In this document: piece by piece, positions 59,685 to 64,000 of the stretch | Layout: the number at the start of each line of letters is the position of its first letter | Numbering within the stretch: position 1 is the stretch's first letter | Origin: Clostridia bacterium | GTDB lineage: Bacteria; Bacillota; Clostridia; UBA1212; DUPL01 | Assembly: GCA_050951325.1 (NCBI GenBank) | Contig: JBMNIW010000005.1 | Location: 192,001 to 256,000 of the forward strand | DNA: 64,000 nucleotides | Direction: 5' to 3' | Position numbers and translations under genes: made by a program | The notes under the pieces: generated by a model | What the model saw: the letters and a program-made list of their open reading frames with translations, nothing else | Told to the model about the DNA's origin: nothing | Database searches by the model: none

Positions 59685-61061
59685 ATGTTTGTTAGTGATG
59701 GTAGTAATGGAAGTATGGAAATAATCAAAAAATTGTCATGTGAGTCATATGAGGCAAGTACAATTGACCCTGAATTGTATACAAAGTATAATGTAAAAAG
59801 AGGCCTTAGAAATGCTGATAATACAGGTGTCCTGGTAGGCTTGACCAATGTAGGCGATGTAAGAGGCTACATTATGGAAGAGAACGAAAAAATACCCATT
59901 GAAGGAAAGCTCATTTACAGAGATATAGACATTTACGATTTTGTAAATGGATTTACAAGTGAACACAGGTTTGGATTTGAAGAATGTATATACCTGCTAT
60001 TAACGGGTAATCTTCCAACAGAATCAGAGCTTAACGAACTTGTAAATGTGTTGGATGAGTATAGAAGATTGCCTGATGGTTTTGCTGAGAATATGATATT
60101 GAAAGCACCAAGTCCCGATATCATGAACAAACTGCAAAGATGTGTATTGGCTTCATATTCTTACGACAGCAATCCTGAAGAGCAGAGCATAGAGAATACA
60201 TTCAGGCAGTGCCTAAGGCTTATAGCCCAGTTGCCAACAATGACTGCTTATGCGTATCAGGCCAGAGCCCATTATTACGAAGACAAAAGCTTGTACATTC
60301 ATAATCCACAAAAGGGTCTGTCTACAGCTGAAAACCTTTTACAGATGATAAGACCAGACACCAAATATTCAAGGCTTGAGGCTGAGATTCTTGATTTGAA
60401 TCTTGTCATACATGCAGAACATGGCGGTGGAAACAACTCAACCTTTGCAATCCATGTAGTTACTTCTACAGGAACTGATACATATTCAGCCATGTCCGCA
60501 GGCATTGGCTCGCTTAAAGGACCAAAGCACGGAGGAGCAAATCTGAAAGTCATGGATATGATGGACGACATAAAGAACAATGTAAATGATTGGAGTAATG
60601 ACAAGGAAATCTATGATTATCTTGTCAAGATTCTGAACAAGGAAGCCTATGACGGTTCAGGTTTGATATATGGAATAGGACATGCAGTTTACACAAAATC
60701 GGATCCAAGAGCGGTTCTTTTGAAGAAGAAAGCAGAAGAACTGGCATACGAAAAAGGACATGAAAAGGAGTTTGAGCTCTATAGAAAAGTTGAAGAGCTT
60801 TCGCTTCAAGCTTTTGAAGATGTTAAGAAGAATGGAAAAGATATGTGTGCAAACGTTGACTTCTATTCAGGATTTGTATACAGCATGCTGAATATTCCGA
60901 AAGAGCTGTACACACCAATCTTTGCAATCTCCAGGATTGTTGGTTGGAGTGCTCACAGAATTGAGGAAATGGTTGCTGGAAAGAAGATTATTCGTCCTGC
61001 ATATAAAAATGTAGGTGCAAAAAAATATGCAGGAAAGTATATACCAATTAAAAAAAGGTAA
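59685..61061 (+). CDS. citrate synthase (citrate/2-methylcitrate synthase family)
   Basis: HAEHGGGNNST, LKGPKHGGAN, GIGHAVY..DPR, NVDFYSG, RIVGWSAH. Confidence 0.95.
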   Translation: MFVSDGSNGSMEIIKKLSCESYEASTIDPELYTKYNVKRGLRNADNTGVLVGLTNVGDVRGYIMEENEKIPIEGKLIYRDIDIYDFVNGFTSEHRFGFEECIYLLLTGNLPTESELNELVNVLDEYRRLPDGFAENMILKAPSPDIMNKLQRCVLASYSYDSNPEEQSIENTFRQCLRLIAQLPTMTAYAYQARAHYYEDKSLYIHNPQKGLSTAENLLQMIRPDTKYSRLEAEILDLNLVIHAEHGGGNNSTFAIHVVTSTGTDTYSAMSAGIGSLKGPKHGGANLKVMDMMDDIKNNVNDWSNDKEIYDYLVKILNKEAYDGSGLIYGIGHAVYTKSDPRAVLLKKKAEELAYEKGHEKEFELYRKVEELSLQAFEDVKKNGKDMCANVDFYSGFVYSMLNIPKELYTPIFAISRIVGWSAHRIEEMVAGKKIIRPAYKNVGAKKYAGKYIPIKKR

Positions 61062-61068
61062 AGATTGA

Positions 61069-61098
61069 GCCTAAGATGTAAAAGTCTTAGGTTTTGTT
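61069..61098 (+). terminator. intrinsic terminator
   Basis: GCCTAAGA / TCTTAGGT followed by TTT. Confidence 0.6.
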
Positions 61099-61152
61099 AT
61101 TTATGGATCACTACTATAGCGATATAATGCAATTGATTTGAAGAGAACAAAA

Positions 61153-61189
61153 AACAACGGCAATTTATATTATACAAATTGCCGTTGTT
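61153..61189 (-). terminator. intrinsic terminator of the minus-strand gene
   Basis: AACAACGGCAATTT / AAATTGCCGTTGTT with an A tract on the + side. Confidence 0.75.
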
Positions 61190-61240
61190 CTGTAATCCAC
61201 TGACGAAAAAGATGCGAGTAATTTATGGAGATTATGCTCA

Positions 61241-61819
61241 TTAGCTTGAATAAATATATCTTCCGAACATTATATCTGTTTTATTAATATTAAATATTGA
61301 ATAAAAAACCATATACACATCAGTATAACTGCCGAACACGTTTAATATCATTAGAAAGAAAAAAAATATTCTAAATAACGAACTTAAAAAGAACAAAAAG
61401 GGTGTTATCACTAGCGATAAAATTAACACAGGTAGTATTAAAGAGATTAAGAAAGTCTTTCTTTTTGTTTTACCATCATAAAGAGCAGAAACCGCACCTT
61501 TACTGATTGTTACAACACACTTGTCGTTTAATTTTAATCCTACATATGGAACAAGATGCAGGATTTCATGTACAGGAATTACAATAAACAACCAAACTAA
61601 TAATGCTAAAATAAGACTTAATATTAAATTTAAAATACCGTTTGAAATTAAAAATTTACGAAGTGTAAAAGAACAAATAACAAGAATTACTGTTAATATA
61701 ATATTAATTGTTTTGGTGTGTTTTTTCACAACATCCCAATCATACCAAACTTTCCAACCCGTATCTTCCGAAATGTTGTTTTTTGAATATGAATAATCAG
61801 CATTTTTCTTAAACAACAC
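61241..61819 (-). CDS. DUF3267-like membrane protein with HExxH motif
   Basis: VIPVHEILH between TM helices, LILP, GSYTD; very AT-rich. Confidence 0.7.
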   Translation of the reverse strand: MLFKKNADYSYSKNNISEDTGWKVWYDWDVVKKHTKTINIILTVILVICSFTLRKFLISNGILNLILSLILALLVWLFIVIPVHEILHLVPYVGLKLNDKCVVTISKGAVSALYDGKTKRKTFLISLILPVLILSLVITPFLFFLSSLFRIFFFFLMILNVFGSYTDVYMVFYSIFNINKTDIMFGRYIYSS

Positions 61820-61898
61820 AATATCACCTTCTTCTTATTTCATAAGTAATCTTTGCTTAAATAATATCACAAATAGCTATTTATTTCCACTATGATAT

Positions 61899-61932
61899 AA
61901 AAAAGACTGTCGACAAAAATCGACAGTCTTTT
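61899..61932 (-). terminator. terminator of tRNA-Glu
   Basis: AAAAGACTGTCGA / TCGACAGTCTTTT. Confidence 0.85.
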
Positions 61933-61933
61933 G

Positions 61934-62008
61934 TGGTGACTCATAGGGGAATCGAACCCCTGTCTCCGGCGTGAGAGGCCGGTGTCTTAGCCGCTTGACC
62001 AATGAGCC
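61934..62008 (-). tRNA. tRNA-Glu(CTC)
   Basis: Reverse complement GGCTCATTGGTCAAGCGGCTAAGACA, CCGGC-CTCTCAC-GCCGG, GGTTCGATTCC, CCA. Confidence 0.96.
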
Positions 62009-62095
62009 TCACAGCTGTTATAGTATACTACGTCTTGAAATAAAAATCAATAGGGTAAACAGAAAAAATATTTGAAATTTGAGAGAAGGAATAAT

Positions 62096-62803
62096 ATGGC
62101 AAACAGACTGGACAAAATATTGTCTACAATGGGATATGGATCAAGAAAACAAGTAAAGGAACTTGTTAAGAGCGGCAGTGTTACCGTGGATGGTGAAGTG
62201 ATAAAGGACAGCTCCATACACGTTGATACGAATGTTCAGAATGTATATGTCAATGGAGAAAAGATAGAGTACAAGGAATATGTGTATATAATGATGAACA
62301 AGCCGAGGGGAGTCATATCCGCAACGGAGGACGAATTTGGTCACGAAACAGTTATTGATTTGCTTGATGACAGATACCAGGGATATAAATTATCCTGTGC
62401 TGGAAGATTAGATATTGATACCGAGGGGCTTATGATAATTTCTAATGACGGTCAGCTTGTACACAGTATTATATCTCCCAAAAAACAAGTTGTTAAAAAG
62501 TATTACTGTATTGTGGAAAATGTCATTACCGACAAGGATATGCGGGAGTTTGAAAAAGGGGTTGTGTTGGCAGATGGATACAAATGTCTGCCTGCAAGAC
62601 TTGAGAAAATAAGCGACAAGGAAGCTTTTGTATATATTACTGAAGGGAAGTTTCACCAGATAAAAAGAATGTTCTATGCCAGAAGAAACAATGTAAGGTA
62701 TCTAAAAAGAGTTCAGATAGGTGGTTTGGAACTTGATGCCGAACTGGACACAGGAGAGTACAGAGAACTTTTGGAAGACGAAATAAAAAAGATCTTTGGA
62801 TAA
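62096..62803 (+). CDS. rsuA: 16S rRNA pseudouridine synthase (RsuA family)
   Basis: S4 domain RLDKIL, MNKPRG, GRLDIDTEGL, ITEGKFHQIKRMF. Confidence 0.9.
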   Translation: MANRLDKILSTMGYGSRKQVKELVKSGSVTVDGEVIKDSSIHVDTNVQNVYVNGEKIEYKEYVYIMMNKPRGVISATEDEFGHETVIDLLDDRYQGYKLSCAGRLDIDTEGLMIISNDGQLVHSIISPKKQVVKKYYCIVENVITDKDMREFEKGVVLADGYKCLPARLEKISDKEAFVYITEGKFHQIKRMFYARRNNVRYLKRVQIGGLELDAELDTGEYRELLEDEIKKIFG

Positions 62804-62807
62804 AAAA

Positions 62808-62831
62808 AGAAAGCAGATTTTTCTGCTTTCT
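62808..62831. terminator. bidirectional intrinsic terminator
   Basis: AGAAAGCAGA / TCTGCTTTCT. Confidence 0.75.
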
Positions 62832-62838
62832 AATTGTC

Positions 62839-63006
62839 TTACCTGAAACGATTTTCTGGTCTTCTTTGGGCTTTCCTTGCTCTTCTACAGTCTGCGCATC
62901 TCTGAGGTTCATTATCAAAGCCTTTTTCTTTGTAGAACTTCTGTTCGCCAACTGTGAAAACAAAGCTATTACCGCAATCTTTGCAAGTTAAAGTCTTGTC
63001 TTCCAT
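62839..63006 (-). CDS. 55-aa zinc-ribbon protein (zf-trcl-like), absent from the ORF track
   Basis: MEDKTLTCKDCGNSFVFTVGEQKFYKEKGFDNEPQRCADCRRARKAQRRPENRFR; strong RBS AGGAGG. Confidence 0.9.
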   Translation of the reverse strand: MEDKTLTCKDCGNSFVFTVGEQKFYKEKGFDNEPQRCADCRRARKAQRRPENRFR

Positions 63007-63179
63007 TTCCTATACCTCCTATATTATTTTAATAGAAAGGATTTAGCAAATGACTCAATGCTCCAAGGTTGCTTATAAGTTACAAATACAGGAGATATCG
63101 AAGTCCGTTACGTTAATCCTGCTTTAAATTCTAAAGCAATAATATCTTATCACAAGTAATTTAAAATTACAATAGATAA

Positions 63180-63575
63180 TTAAAAAATATTATGCAATCT
63201 TATAGTATCCAAATCCCTTACATTATGAAAATACTTTATAAGCTTGTGTTTTTCAACAATCGCCTCTTCATTTAAAGAGTTATTGATATAATGGCCCAGG
63301 TTAGATACGGTCAAATCTATCTCATAGATAATAGAGTGATTTATCATCCAGCGCCATTTTTCCTTTATTAAATGCCATTTTTCGTTTAGATTGTTAAACT
63401 GATGTAGTGCAGTTTCAAATTTTTCCTCCATAATGCTTTGTTCGATATCTTCAGATATGCTTGTCATTTTGGCAATATCCCTTCTTACAACATAATCAAA
63501 AGACAAAGTAACAGTTATGACAAAATAAAGTATAGCAGCAACCTGAAGAATGTATTTAAAAAGGTGTCTTCCCAT
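63180..63575 (-). CDS. DUF4363-like protein
   Basis: N-terminal TM, W...W..MINH..I.EID, C-terminal L.NIF; usual partner of DUF421. Confidence 0.7.
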   Translation of the reverse strand: MGRHLFKYILQVAAILYFVITVTLSFDYVVRRDIAKMTSISEDIEQSIMEEKFETALHQFNNLNEKWHLIKEKWRWMINHSIIYEIDLTVSNLGHYINNSLNEEAIVEKHKLIKYFHNVRDLDTIRLHNIF

Positions 63576-64000
63576 TTATCTTCGCCTCCTGCTTCTCAAC
63601 TGAATCCAGAACTCTCCGTTTGTGTTTATTGAACAGTACAAAACATCCTTTACACTGGTACCTCCCACCTTCTTTATTTGACTAAGCAAATCTTTTGGCC
63701 TTACATTCGACATATCCAGATTTTCTTCTATAAGTGTTCCATCTATAATCAAGTCGATGATATTGCCTTCTTTAGCAGTTATATTCATATCCTCCCTCTT
63801 GACCGGTTCAGCCTTGCTGAAGGGGAGAACACTAAGTTCTCCGTTATTCTCCAGTATTGCCAGATTCACATCCGCAATGTCAAAAAAACCTTTTATTCTC
63901 AACGCTTCAAGCAAGTCGTCTATGTTGTACATCTCGCTCATTAATATGTTCTCGACAATCTGTCCGTTTTGAATGATGGTTTTTTTCTTGCCGCATATTA
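63576..64000 (-). CDS. DUF421 (YetF) membrane protein, 5' part outside the window
   Basis: IIQNGQI, DDLLEALR.KG.F, AILENNGELSVL, LIIDG. Confidence 0.85.
   Translation of the reverse strand, partial: ICGKKKTIIQNGQIVENILMSEMYNIDDLLEALRIKGFFDIADVNLAILENNGELSVLPFSKAEPVKREDMNITAKEGNIIDLIIDGTLIEENLDMSNVRPKDLLSQIKKVGGTSVKDVLYCSINTNGEFWIQLRSRRRR

Noticed and set aside
29109-62008. Prophage or integrative element at one of the three tRNAs
   Set aside because: No integrase, phage genes or duplicated tRNA 3' ends were seen.
89-63972. Numerous 60-250 aa antisense or overlapping ORFs in the track (e.g. 10752-11399, 23694-24335, 47410-48159, 53252-53911)
   Set aside because: Shadows of well-supported genes on the opposite strand or frame, with no RBS or domain motifs.

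Overview
Chromosomal segment of a low-GC anaerobic Bacillota (Clostridia-like; inferred from the ispH-rpsA fusion, hutP-cmk-plsC cluster, THF riboswitch and sigma-A promoters). It mixes housekeeping genes (aconitase-family hydratase, uxaC, galM, cmk, plsC, ispH-rpsA, gpmI, citrate synthase, rsuA, three tRNAs) with many uncharacterised glycan-active or surface proteins (DUF5722-like, three beta-helix proteins, two GH99/GH71-like paralogues), a non-PFL glycyl radical enzyme operon, a 1,600-aa exonuclease-RecQ-UvrD fusion, an intact IS30-family element with repeated end motifs, an IS1634 fragment and several disrupted genes. The most striking unexplained feature is a ~435-nt intergenic sequence (23107-23540) that folds by eye into a closed, multi-junction structure with recurring T-loop-like pentamers and partial resemblance to the OLE RNA 5' half. 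It is a candidate undescribed large ornate ncRNA. All calls come from reading motifs and base-pairing by eye; no database searches were run.
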